DNA from: Porphyridium purpureum
Taxonomy: Eukaryota
Reading direction: 5' to 3'
Assembly: GCA_008690995.1 (NCBI GenBank)
Contig: VRMN01000002.1
Span: 62,001 to 126,000 of the forward strand
Length of the DNA stretch: 64,000 nt
Notes under the pieces: model-generated
Databases searched by the model: none
What the model saw: the letters and a program-made list of their open reading frames with translations, nothing else
Told to the model about the DNA's origin: nothing
Shown here: positions 1 to 11,250 of the stretch, piece after piece
Layout: each line of letters opens with the position of its first letter
Numbering within the stretch: the stretch's first letter is position 1
Made by a program: the position numbers and the translations under genes

Positions 1-330
1 CAAGCAAAAAGGTCCACCCGCTGCTACAGTGGGCGCGCCACGAGGCCGGCACAAAGTGAAACGCGGACGTGCTCCAGTATGGCGCGGTCGAGGTGGGCGT
101 TCTTGGCATCCAAGAACAGTATGACATTCAGCCACCGCAGACGTTGTTTCACGTGTCACGCAGCGCGCTGCTGCACCCCCAGGTCTTAATGAGATATAGC
201 GCGAAGGCGCAGACATACGGGCATGAGCGCGACCTGCCGTTCAGCCACATTGCCGAAGCGAATCGGATACCGATGGCGCTTGTCGCGCAGTGCTTTGTGC
301 CGCACAAGCGGGCATCTGAGCGCGTCGAGC
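1..330 (-). pseudogene. Decayed non-LTR retrotransposon reverse-transcriptase fragment (CRE/SLACS-like), continuing off the left edge
   Basis: One minus frame read through two stops gives RYPIRFGNVAERQVA...DLGVQQ...VILFLDAKNAHLDRAILEHV. This resembles the RPI.VG..L.R / QLGV / LD..NAFN.LDR..IL motif order of non-LTR RT. Heavily degenerate. Confidence 0.4.
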
Positions 331-1942
331 GATTGTCCGCACAGATGTGCCGATCGCTTCGGGCCTAGTCGATAACGAGACGCAGCAGCACGAAAAATGC
401 GACCGCAACGTTGACCGAGATGCAATGCAACCCTGCGGTGCAAATCACACCGCAGCGCTTTCTAAAGATGCCGCTGCTGCGTAATCGCGAAACTGTCACA
501 AAACCCGGTTTTACGGGGTTTTGTGCCCCGGAGAGACCGCGAAGGCGTAGGGAAGAACTGCTACACGTCAGGCAGTGGGCCCGCCACCACGGATGTGAGG
601 TCGGTCTGCAGGAGGTGATCTTCAGAATCCCTTGCTGCTTATGAGGACAACAAACCCTTTTTAGCTGAATGTTCTTCACCACGCTCATCTCTGGTCCTCT
701 TTTTCTCCCGTCACTCGCTCGCAGGAGACGGGGTCCAATTTATATACTTCGCACGAGGTGACCGCTGTACGCCGGGCTGGCGTGGGACGAGATCCTGCAT
801 GGGAACGATCTTGCGAGGCTCGGCATAATCCCGTGCCTGTCGACAGCCCGGAGAAGCGATGCGAGGTGCATCTCTTAGTACAGTGGCTTGAAAGAGTGAA
901 CTTTCTGACAGAAACGGTGCTTTTTCACTATGCTCGTTCGAGCCCATATGCGAGAATGGCCATGCAATGCATCACCACTGTGACAACCTCGAGCAGGGTT
1001 CCTCTTCGAGATGCTCGCGAAGGGACGCAAGTTGATTACTGTGCAGATTTCAAAACACGCACCCGAGGGGTCGCCGCACAGGAGCAAATGGGTCGCGGCA
1101 CAGGCACAATGCACTGACCATTTGCCGCGAACGCGACTATAAAATGCGGCACGCCTGTGGCGGGGTGGAGCAAAGTAGAAGAGACACAATGAAGAAGCAC
1201 AGAAGAAGAGACAAAAGGTAAGTTGTTAAGATAAAAGAGTTTTATGCTGAAACTCATCGTTCTCAAACTTCCATCGTAATCGGAGTTAAGAACGAGACGA
1301 ACGGGCCATCGCGATCGCCTATTCGTCAGAAGCGGACAAGAATTGCAACAGTCACAGCCTGTCAAGCATTCACGCCTGGATCATAGACCCGGCGGCGGGA
1401 CTGGAAATCGAAGGCTGGCTTGACGCTGCCGTCGGGTGAGCGCCACGTGTAGGTTAATCAGGACCCTTGTCGCCGCGCGGGGAGCCTGAGCCATTCACTT
1501 TCGGAGACGGCACGACAATTGGACACACGTGCGTCGAACGGTGACGCCGGCGTGGGTCATGCTGTTCCCGGAAACATCTTGGCTCGGGAGCGGCGGCGCT
1601 GAAAAGCGTACACTACCTTTGCGTGCGCGCGTCGCCATGGAGAAGGAAGCATTCCGCGAAGTGGCGTCGGGACTCTGCTTCAGTTCGCTTAGACAAAGTT
1701 CGAGCGCTGCTTTCTAGATCTGCACGTTCTCGAGCTTGTTGTCCGGACGCCGCAGCTGGACAACTGTGACCGCTTCAACCTGTGGCTCGTCGCGAGCACG
1801 AACGTCTACAAACCTACCGAGCAACATGCCGCCTCGCGTCACGAACTCATCCGCTTGGATGCCGTCCCGGACAGAGCCAGTGCTTGCAATCAATGATTGA
1901 ACACCGAAACTCCCAGTAGACCCACTGGGCATTAGACACGCG

Positions 1943-2719
1943 TCATACTCCCGGCGCTTTGAGCCGTCTCCAGGAATACGCCATTACACCTATTTTGCTG
2001 CCGTCTCTGCTCGTTTCCGCCACGCGCCTGTGCCGCACTTTCATAAGGTCGTAAGGCACTTGATCAAAGTCACACTGCAAGTAAGCGGGCAAGAAATGCT
2101 CGTTGAGCAACAACACATCTTGCGTTGCCAACGTATGCACCACTTGGACAAACAAGTGAAAAGTCATGGGGCCCGATCCCTGTCCTATAGGAGACAGTTT
2201 CCAAAAGCATTTGAAGCAGTCATGAATGCACGCGCACGCGAGTTCGTACTTGGATCGAAAGGCAGAAACGAGCCGAGATCAAGGATGCCGCACGACGGCA
2301 AAGCCGAAGTACTTATCACTTTTGCTCATCATGAACGCTCGCGTCTCCTTCAGCTTGTTTCCGCGCAAAAAGAAGAGGTCGTGCTCTTCATCATCACGCT
2401 TGGTGTAGTCTTTCCTCCGCGCCGCCTCGCCCTGGTGCATGTAGCGCAGATAGTACATCCAGCTGGTGCATCCTGCCTTGGGGTACACACATCCATAGTA
2501 CTTTCTCAACTTGGAAAACATCTGGAAGCCTCTTTGATTTACATTCCCTGTTCCCAACGAACGAATCTGCGTGTCAGACATCTCTTCGGGCTTCACGCGG
2601 TTGGCGTGCGGGTACGGAAGCGCCCCGCACTCTGACGCCAGCATGGCGCTCAGCACCACGGCTGCGCCCACCACCACCACCACCATCTTTCTTGCCGCAA
2701 CCCACACTCGCGGATGCAT
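1943..2719 (-). pseudogene. Carbohydrate sulfotransferase (Sulfotransfer_2/CHST-like) with one in-frame TGA
   Basis: N-terminal anchor MVVVVVGAAVVLSAML; 5'-PSB motif CVYPKAGCTSW; 3'-PB motif FAVVRHP*SRLVSAF with TGA at 2279-2281; NEHF...C...VPYD. ORFs 2279-2779 and 1943-2167 are in the same frame. Confidence 0.8.
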
Positions 2720-5700
2720 CGTGCCTCCTATTGCGCTTGCACCACCCCACACCCACAACTGTAACCGGCCTCTGTCCACCTGGCGCCTTCACGTCTGGAT
2801 TTTACCCGCCAGCTCATTCACACCTGCCGCTTGCGAGCAGCGCGCACCCTTTTTCGACTGCCACGCGCGAGGCATTCAAACCAGGCTGTCTCGCGTGACC
2901 GCTTTTCGCAATATCCTAAAATCGAGCGCGCGTGTTTCTGCGGGTGTTCAGTCCGGGAGTACAGCGATCGGGTCTGGTGCGGCAGCTGGGACCGGCATCG
3001 CCGCGCGAGAACGGGGCTAGCATCCATCTGTGCATTCCGTCCTGGATACCCATGTCGGCTTGGACGTAGGGGAGTTTGGTAGCATCCGACTCAAGCATGC
3101 AGCTGCGGATTTCTGATTTGATGTTGTCTCCGTGGCAGTCGACGTGGACTTCCTGTTTGCACACTAGCGGTCCAAAGCCAAATGCTTAGTCGGCTCACTG
3201 CGTCATGAGCCCAGCCGCTACCCTTGCGGCCACGGTCCTCTGTGTCGTTCATCCTTACTCCTCGTGGGACTGTCCCGCGGGGCGGACGGATAAATCTTTT
3301 TCCAAACACCCTCAAACTGACACTCGTGTGGCAAAAAAATCACGGCTTGCTTCCCCGAAGGAGGCCTTCAACTCACGCCGAGACAAATGGATTGACACGT
3401 CCGCCAGCCGTTTGGCCACGGGCGTGGGCGCGTACGAGCATGCGGTAGTAAGGTACTACCCTCACGCGCTCACTCGCATGTCGCAAAAATTGGTTGTGTC
3501 TGCACGCGGTGACTGTCTTGCCTGTCCTCTCACCTTGCTCGAGTCCTCGGCTTACAGAAGAAGACACGGCGTGCGTATCACGCAGGCAAAAAGCTACGCC
3601 AAGTAAGCTGATACCACGGGGTAATTGAATTGATGACTGGAAACCATGACAGCTCGGATTATCGACAAAACAAAAATTGTGATTGCATTTCTTGCACACT
3701 TGGTGCGTTACGACTCATCAGACGCAATACCGGACGATCGTCGAGCCGTGTACTTTGAAAGATATTATCTTCTGCTAAAGTACGGGCAGTAGTCTTCGCC
3801 AGACGCGTAGCCTCCTCCACGGCCGCGCGGGGGCGGACGCGTTAAGAATCGTGCGCTCCTCATCTCCACATTTTTTCAAGCAACTGACTGTCAGGACACT
3901 CAAAATCGCGCACGTGCGTGTTCAACCGCGGGAGCGACTGGCGCTGAGCGCACAACTTGTCTCAGCAAGTGTCAAAGATTTGGGACGCCACAGACGTGAC
4001 GGGCTGAACACGAACCGTTCCAGCCACTCCCAGCTCCCCATTGTTGATCACTCCTACACATCCCCACGTAAAGTGTGGCGCACACCGCAACACGTTCCGC
4101 TCCATGTATCGTGATGCCCATTTCTTTTCCTGGGCCCACCCCACTTTGTCGTTCGCGGGTACGCGCTCTTTTCGAGTTCGATCCAAAAAGCGCCGAAACG
4201 TACGACTTTTTCCAGCTTTGTTATCGGGAAAAAAGTACCGCTTCCTTTCGTGCGGATTCTCCCAAATCAGCTGTGCTTTCTTCCTGAGTAAATCATGGAT
4301 GCATAGCTTCGTTGCCAGTGAACAGTAGAATCGTTGCTTTCAGAATTTAGAGTTGAGCGCTGGCGCTGAGGAGAGCAGAGACATCAAGGGACTCGAGCGT
4401 GAAGCGGGCGCCGGTATTCGTTTGCGCACAACACGCGCCGGGGTGCGCAAGCGAGTGACGGATTCAGCAACAATCTCCTTCAAAGCACAGACATGTTCGG
4501 GTGACGGCTAGCTCTAGCCTGATTTACATGTTCTATGGCTTACACTTACAGCCACTCGGAACCATCGGCGCCTTCGAGAATACCTCGACTTTTCGCGGCC
4601 TTTGGGCGAAATTCCTGGACCTTGCAGTTCGTTCAACTAACGCCTCCACTGGTACTCGATATTGCATCTGGACAACATTGACGTCATTGAGCGACGTGGA
4701 ATACGCGAATACATGGTCGTCGACTCATAGATGTGCATTCCCCAGTTGCTGCTGGCGGCGAGTTTTAAAATTTGGTAGAACGGGCGCTCGAAGAGCCACG
4801 CCAGACAAGTCTGTTTCTCAGTGACCGTCCAGATCGGCTGCCGTGAAGCGTGAACGTGACCGAGCCGCGGCGCACGGCAAGATTTCGCCTGCTCAAAAAA
4901 GCAACGGTACCAAGTGCGTGTCGTCTCTGCGTGGATGTGTAGGGTAGGAGTCTTGAATAGGGATGGCTCAGAAAAGGTGACGATGATGATGACAATGTCG
5001 ATGACGCCGACGTCAAAAATTGGTTTGGTTCATGGCTGCACAGCCGCGACGGCGACGCGGAAAGCAAAGTGTGTTTGAACTGATCATTCTTGTGTGGCAG
5101 CGAGCCGCGGTCCTCGTTCAGCGAACCGCATGGCATGTGGCAAGGAATCAGGCCGATCAAGCGGTTCGCGGTTTTGACGCTATATTTTGAGTGGCGCGAC
5201 CCGCGATTCAAGGACAAGGCACTCTCGTCATGCGCGAGTGCGTGCGGGCAAATGCGTTGCTTGTTCATTGCTGTATCGGTGACCAAATCTGGCCCACTCG
5301 GTGGCGGTCCCGCGCTACTCGGAGGGACCGTCGTCCAACACGACTCGGGCGAAGAATGCACTCGACTAGGCGAATCAAAGGCGGAGCATGAGCGTGCGGG
5401 TGGTGCAGTAAATAATCGACCTACAAGAGGGTGTGTGTTTCGACCTCTAGACGCTCGTCCTTTTTGTTGCGCTCCGGGCAAAACGCCATCAACGATCCGC
5501 CGCGATTGTTATTTCCACGTGCAAGTTGAATGCTGAAGTGTGCCGTGAATGACCTCGACTCGTTCTCATGGATGCAAGGGCGAGAGCCGAGCCGACTGTG
5601 ATTTACGACAGCACCGTTTCCCCCAACAATGCAGCGTCGGTATCAGCACGGTGATACCCGACCGAGGTCAAGACATTCCTCGGTGGTGCTGGCCGGAAGA

Positions 5701-6277
5701 GAGATGCGCGGAGGTTCGGCGCACGCCGTCCCGTCCAAGCACCGGTGCGCCAAAGTTTTTCCCGTCCTACCCGTCGAACAAAGAATCTACCGCGTACCGC
5801 CGCATCCCACGAAGAGATCGCAACCGCGTAAAGCCGTACTGCTTTGCCAACGCACAACAAACCAGCCTCATCCCTTCTCCTTTGCCATCCACAGCATGTG
5901 CCGTCGTCTGTCCGCCACTTAAACACGAGCGCACGCGGCACAAAGTCGGGCCGACGGGACGAGCGGCTGATCAGATCTGCGTGCAGGGGTCTAGCTACAT
6001 ACACAGCACCGTGTACGGGTTCCGACATCAAGGGCAAACGAGCGACGACTGCCGCGGCCGCGACGATTGATTGTGACGACAAGGCAGAACAGCCGGCCAG
6101 CGTCCGTGGCTTTGCGTTTGTCGAGGTTGACAAGCCGCAGCGTTAGCCACGTGTGTGTGTGTGTGTGAACGTGCAACGCGGTGCCACGCGGTACTGGCAC
6201 ACACGATCGAAGGAAGCATCGGTCTGATCGAAGGGCCCTGTTTTCGGCTCGCGGCGGCCGCAGCCAAAACACGTTTC

Positions 6278-8380
6278 ATGGCGCGCTCGGGCGTGCGCCT
6301 CGGCCTTTCACTATCGCGGCTCTGCGAGCCGTCTCCGCGGAGCAGGGTTGGGACATGCGGCGGCAGCAGCACCTCTGGGCTTCCTGGGCTGCTGAATGGG
6401 CTACTATGGAGCGGCAGCGGCATGTCCGCGTCCGGAGCCCGTGACCTCGGTATCCTGAGCGTGCGAGCGCGGTCTGTGTACATCTGGACGGTTCCGCCGC
6501 CTCGTGAGTCGGCCGGCACCGAGCCTGGTGCTGAGTGCGCAAGGCGCCGCGCGGCCGGTACGCCAGGAGGGAAGCACCGAGTCTCTCAATACGCAGCTCG
6601 AGTTTGCGTTGCAGCACCGTAAAGCTGGACCTGAGGACGCGCAGAAAGTATTGGATGCAGCTCATGGGACAAAGTATGACTATTGGACGCTGCTGTTTCT
6701 GATGCGCGCGGCGAGCAACGCGTCTCTGGATGACGCGCGCCGTACCTTGCCCTTTATGGTGCGCGCGCTTCAAAACGCGCGCAGGGACGGTGTCGGCTTT
6801 CATGCCATCGTGCTAAAGCACTTGGTGCCTGTTGCGCTGCGAGCCGGCAAGGTCAATATTTCGGTTGCTGTGAAGAATCTGATCCAGAAACAGCCCGAAT
6901 ATTCGGTGGTGAGTGCACTCGAGATGAAGTTGCTCATCAAGCAGTTTGCCGCCATGCATCGTACAAAGTGGATGCGGGCCGCGTTCGATGAGCTGGTGCT
7001 CGTGCATGGGCATGACAGCGTAGACTCAGATGCCTTTTCACACCTCCTCGAAGGCTACCTGAAGAACGAAGAGCCCGATGCGGCCATGGAAGTCTGGAAG
7101 ATGATGCGGAACGAACCCTTTCTCCAACGCATTCAAATGAATTCCGGCAAGCTCGAGCTAGGTGCGCGCATGTGCAGGGAAACAACAGTGACCGACGGGT
7201 TGTATGATATCACGGAATACATTGCAGATATGTATCGGGAAAAGGCACGACGGCGCGTGAGGTTCGTGCCGACCAATGATGCGCTCCACAATCTTGCTTC
7301 CGCATTCATCAGGCGAACTCATTGGGATCGCGCACTGAGCTGTTTGCAGAGGATGCAGAGTCTACAGTACAGAATACATGCATGGATCGTTCGCCAGTTT
7401 GTTGCCACCTGTGTGCGCGACATGGACTTGCGCGATCTCCCGAAGCTAGCAATTACCTTGAGTATGTGTGAGCCCGGGAGGTTCGCTTCATCTGATGAGC
7501 AGCGTTTGGATATACTGCATGCCATCATTGACGCAATTTACATGGGCGTCATCAAGGGGGCACTGGAGCCCAAGGCTGCCGCTTCTGCGGGGAAAGAAGT
7601 TTTCAGCCGTTGGCCGCGCTTGGTGGAAGACAAGTCGACGACAAGTGCCATCATGTACATGAATACACTTGGAAATAATTTAGAATATGCCGTCCGCACG
7701 GCCGACATTCACCACATGAAGTTTGGAAAGCAAGGTATGCTTCACACGTTTGCGTACAAAACGTTTGTGCGACGTTGTGTACAGAGAGAGATCAAACGAA
7801 ACACGCTCGCAAAGTTTCCGATGCGCCTGATTTTCAGGGAAAGCCACAAGGAAAAGACCGACGCGAGTCTTCGCGTGAAACTCACCGTTTTGTTTATGCA
7901 TGAGCTTGGCCGGCTGCATCGACTCGACCTATGCACAGCACTGTATGAGAAATACGTGCGTTTGTACAAGTTGAACCCGCACGTGATGACATCTTACATG
8001 TATGTTCTGGGCATGGCATCGCGCCCCGCAGAAGCGATTGTGACTCTGAAACGCATGCATGAAGCCCACGGACGACCCAAAGACGGCATCACGTACTCTG
8101 CGCTTGCGTCCGTCGTGCTGGTGAACGGACGGGAGGACCGTCTTTCGGTGGACATCATGACGCAGCTGCTCAAGTACATCGACGGGTACTTGAGCAACAT
8201 TCCAGACGCCGCGACGCGACGAGCCGGACTCGACGCTCTGCGCGAGCGCGAGCGCCAGCACAATCCTTGGTGCAGATGGAACTATTCCGCGCGCGGAGAC
8301 GAGCCAAGCACGTGGACAAGCTGCAGCGGAAAGCGGACGCCATCCGCGCGCTTCTCTCAAGCAAAGTGGCTGCCGCGTAA
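6278..8380 (+). CDS. PPR-like helical-repeat protein, paralog 1, probably organelle-targeted; apparent frameshifts near both ends
   Basis: Core ORF 6504-8513 has DAFSHLLEGYLKNEEPDAAMEVWKMMR, TSYMYVLGMASRPAEAIVTLKRMHE and ITYSALASV. A transit-peptide-like start (ATG 6278) and a paralog-matching C-terminus (ending TAA 8378-8380) lie in another frame. Confidence 0.7.
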
Positions 8381-8948
8381 TCCCCGCTTGCGCGCAGTCC
8401 AGCCGCTTCCACGCGCGCGGCGCGACGCGCGGTGCAGCGTTCGACTGTACCGTACAGCGTTTACAGTACAGCTTGCGAGCGTTACGTGGCGAGCGTTACG
8501 TGGCGCAACCTGATGGTTCAGCGACTTGATTGGGCGCACAAATCACCGATCGACCGGATCACCGGCGAATCGCCTTCGCGAGCTGTTTTCACACGGGGCC
8601 GCGCGTGCATGGCCTGACATGGCGTGTGTCGCCAGCGGCAAAATTGGGCGTCTGCGCCTATGGAAAATCTCCAGCCGTCTCGCGCGCACTGCGCGAATCG
8701 GATGTTCGCGGTTGCTATGAGAAAGGGACTGAATCGGGCCGCGGCTCGCGCATGGGCGGCGAGTATTTAGCCGCCAAGCTGCACACGGAGCGTGGTTTGG
8801 AGTGGCGTAGCAAACCTTGGAAAGGGCGCTGCGCTCCAGGTCGCTCTTTTAGCCTCCCCTGCGTGCGAAAAATCGTCTCACGACTTCCGTGTTGGATTTC
8901 GTCAAGGGACCTCGCAAGGTGCTGAGTGGTGGTGAGCATTCATTCGGC

Positions 8949-10643
8949 ATGTTAGCTAGTCCGGCAGCTGCGGCAGCGGCTGGCGCGCACGCCACCCGTG
9001 CCCCATCACGCTTGCGGCTGCTACTGAAAGTGGTAGTGCTCGCGGCCGTGGTGCGCATTCGCGCGGCGGCGAGCTCCATTGAAGCGCCTCTCACGCGGCC
9101 GGCGCCAAGTGATGTATTATTTGTATCCGATTTCGACACAGCGACAGAGATCAATTACTTTGTCGCGTACGCCAAGGAGCTTCGGGAGCGTGGCCATACT
9201 TGTCGCTTTGCGCTTCCGGGCCGCTTTGTAAGTATGGCACAGCGAAACGGATTCGAGACGTATGAAGTGGCCGATAATCTGTCCAATAATCCGCAGCGGT
9301 CGATTAGCGAACTTACGGGCCAGCTGTCGGAAACGGACAACGACCAGGACTACCTCCGAGTGTTTGGAAAGATCGTCGAGAGTACTGCATTCCAGTATGA
9401 AGCGACAATCACCTCCCTCAAGTCCATCTTGGAAAAGACTGGTGTTCCGGACCTCATCGTGACGACGTTTTTTTCGACGGGAACGATCGACTACGCGCAT
9501 GCACAAGAGATCAAGTACGTAGTGCAGGTCGCCTGTCCACTTGGGTCCTTGGGTGACTATGAGGCAGCCAGGGCGACTCCAAACTCGTTTCTGGACGTGT
9601 CGATGGCGGAACATCTGTCGTTCATCGGCCGCCTGAAGAGAGCAACAATGCTGCCGCGCATGATCATGGCCACGGCGGCGGGTACAACTCGCTTGAATGA
9701 GGCACGGGCTCGTGTCGGCTTGCCTCAATACATGGATCCTCTCACCAACATCCTGGGAAGGCGGGTTGTATCCCCCATCCCCATTGGCTTTGATCCCGTG
9801 CGAAAGCTTCTGCCGACGACGCACTTGATTGGGTTTTTGGCTTCGCGTTGGGAACGGCCGTGCGAGTCGGGCGCCATGTCACCAGATGACCAGGCGCTGT
9901 GGGAATGGCTAGACGCGGCGTCAGATGGCGTGGTGCTTGTTGCTCTCGGCTCACTGGCGCGCGTGCCTCAGCACCGCTTTGCCGAGTTGATGCGTGGCTG
10001 TGCTGCATTTGCCCAGCGAAAAGGCCCTAGCGCCAAGATCCTCGTCTCCAAGCGCAATGATGCTGCTTGGGACACGAGTGCGCTTGGCGCCGATGTTCTT
10101 GAGCGAGTGCGCTTTGAGCCGTGGTTCAATCAGCGCATGGTACTCGCACACCGGAACACGCTAGCATTTGTGACCCATGGCGGTCTTGCGTCCATTGGTG
10201 AGAGTGTGATGAGCCTCGTGCCCATGCTAGTACTTCCTGCATTTGGCGACCAGCCAAGCAATGCGTGGCGCCTGGTGGAGCTGGGTGTCGCCGAGCGACT
10301 GTATCGCCACAGCTTTACAGCTGCCGAAGTGGCTGCCAAATTAGAGGCGATTTCATCCAGCGATGAAGTCGCCGCGGCTGTGCGCCGGCTGTACCAGCTC
10401 AACTCGCTACCCCAATACGGCGTTTCCCGAGGCGCGGACGTGATGGAGGAGGAACTTCTTGTGGGAAGCTCGCATCTTCAGCTCGCGGAGGTCTCGCAGT
10501 CTTTTACTCAGCAATCGTTTGCGGATGTGTATCTGCTGCTGCTGTTGGCGGGTCTGGCTCCTATCGTCGCGTTTGCCATCGCCGTGCGCCTTTTGTCAGC
10601 GCGAAAGCGCTCGTCCATGTCTCAAAAGGCCAAGGACGCCTAG
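8949..10643 (+). CDS. UDP-glycosyltransferase (GT1), type I membrane topology
   Basis: UGT signature WFNQRMVLAHRNTLAFVTHGGLASIGES...PAFGDQPSNA; hydrophobic N-terminal segment; C-terminal TM helix and KxKxx tail (KAKDA). Confidence 0.93.
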   Translation: MLASPAAAAAAGAHATRAPSRLRLLLKVVVLAAVVRIRAAASSIEAPLTRPAPSDVLFVSDFDTATEINYFVAYAKELRERGHTCRFALPGRFVSMAQRNGFETYEVADNLSNNPQRSISELTGQLSETDNDQDYLRVFGKIVESTAFQYEATITSLKSILEKTGVPDLIVTTFFSTGTIDYAHAQEIKYVVQVACPLGSLGDYEAARATPNSFLDVSMAEHLSFIGRLKRATMLPRMIMATAAGTTRLNEARARVGLPQYMDPLTNILGRRVVSPIPIGFDPVRKLLPTTHLIGFLASRWERPCESGAMSPDDQALWEWLDAASDGVVLVALGSLARVPQHRFAELMRGCAAFAQRKGPSAKILVSKRNDAAWDTSALGADVLERVRFEPWFNQRMVLAHRNTLAFVTHGGLASIGESVMSLVPMLVLPAFGDQPSNAWRLVELGVAERLYRHSFTAAEVAAKLEAISSSDEVAAAVRRLYQLNSLPQYGVSRGADVMEEELLVGSSHLQLAEVSQSFTQQSFADVYLLLLLAGLAPIVAFAIAVRLLSARKRSSMSQKAKDA

Positions 10644-11250
10644 CCTTTTTCCGTTGCATTGGAAAAATTGTTGATCTTTTTGCGTCGGATGGTGTCCTTC
10701 CTGCTGAAAGGGCACCACTCCAACCAACGCTGTTTGGCCTTTATTGTGTCCGTGGCCGCGTGCCGAACACGCGGATAAGATTACAGGATGCGCGCTGGTC
10801 TTGTGCCGGATCTCAGTGGGGGAAAACCCAGGAAATAAAAATAGGAAGGAAAGACCGCGAGAGATTTGCTGCTAGCGTGAGCAAGACGCGTACGCGTGCA
10901 GCGCGGCGCGCATGTGCAACTGGCTTGCCGCCAACAATTACTGTGCTCCGCGCTCCCGGTTCCCGTTTCTGCGTGCGCCTGCACGTTCAGTGTACAGTCC
11001 TACTGTACTTTTCCGCCCGCGGCATGTCGCGGACGCGGGCAGCAGGAACTCGCGGGCTGCACAGTTCGAGAGCGTGAGGGCAGACGACGCAGAATTGGAT
11101 ACCGTGTTGTTGGCTGTTTCGCCTCCCGTCCGCTGGATCAGCTGCTGCCGCGACTTCTGATCAGAACCGCAAACCCCTGCGTTGGAAAATTCGGTACACG
11201 CTGGGAATCTCCGCTCCAGGCTGAATCCCGCAGAGTGCTAAAGGCATAGC

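Noticed and set aside
3000..6200. Several 100-240 aa ORFs
   Set aside because: No recognisable motif or consistent frame; possibly decayed sequence, not callable.
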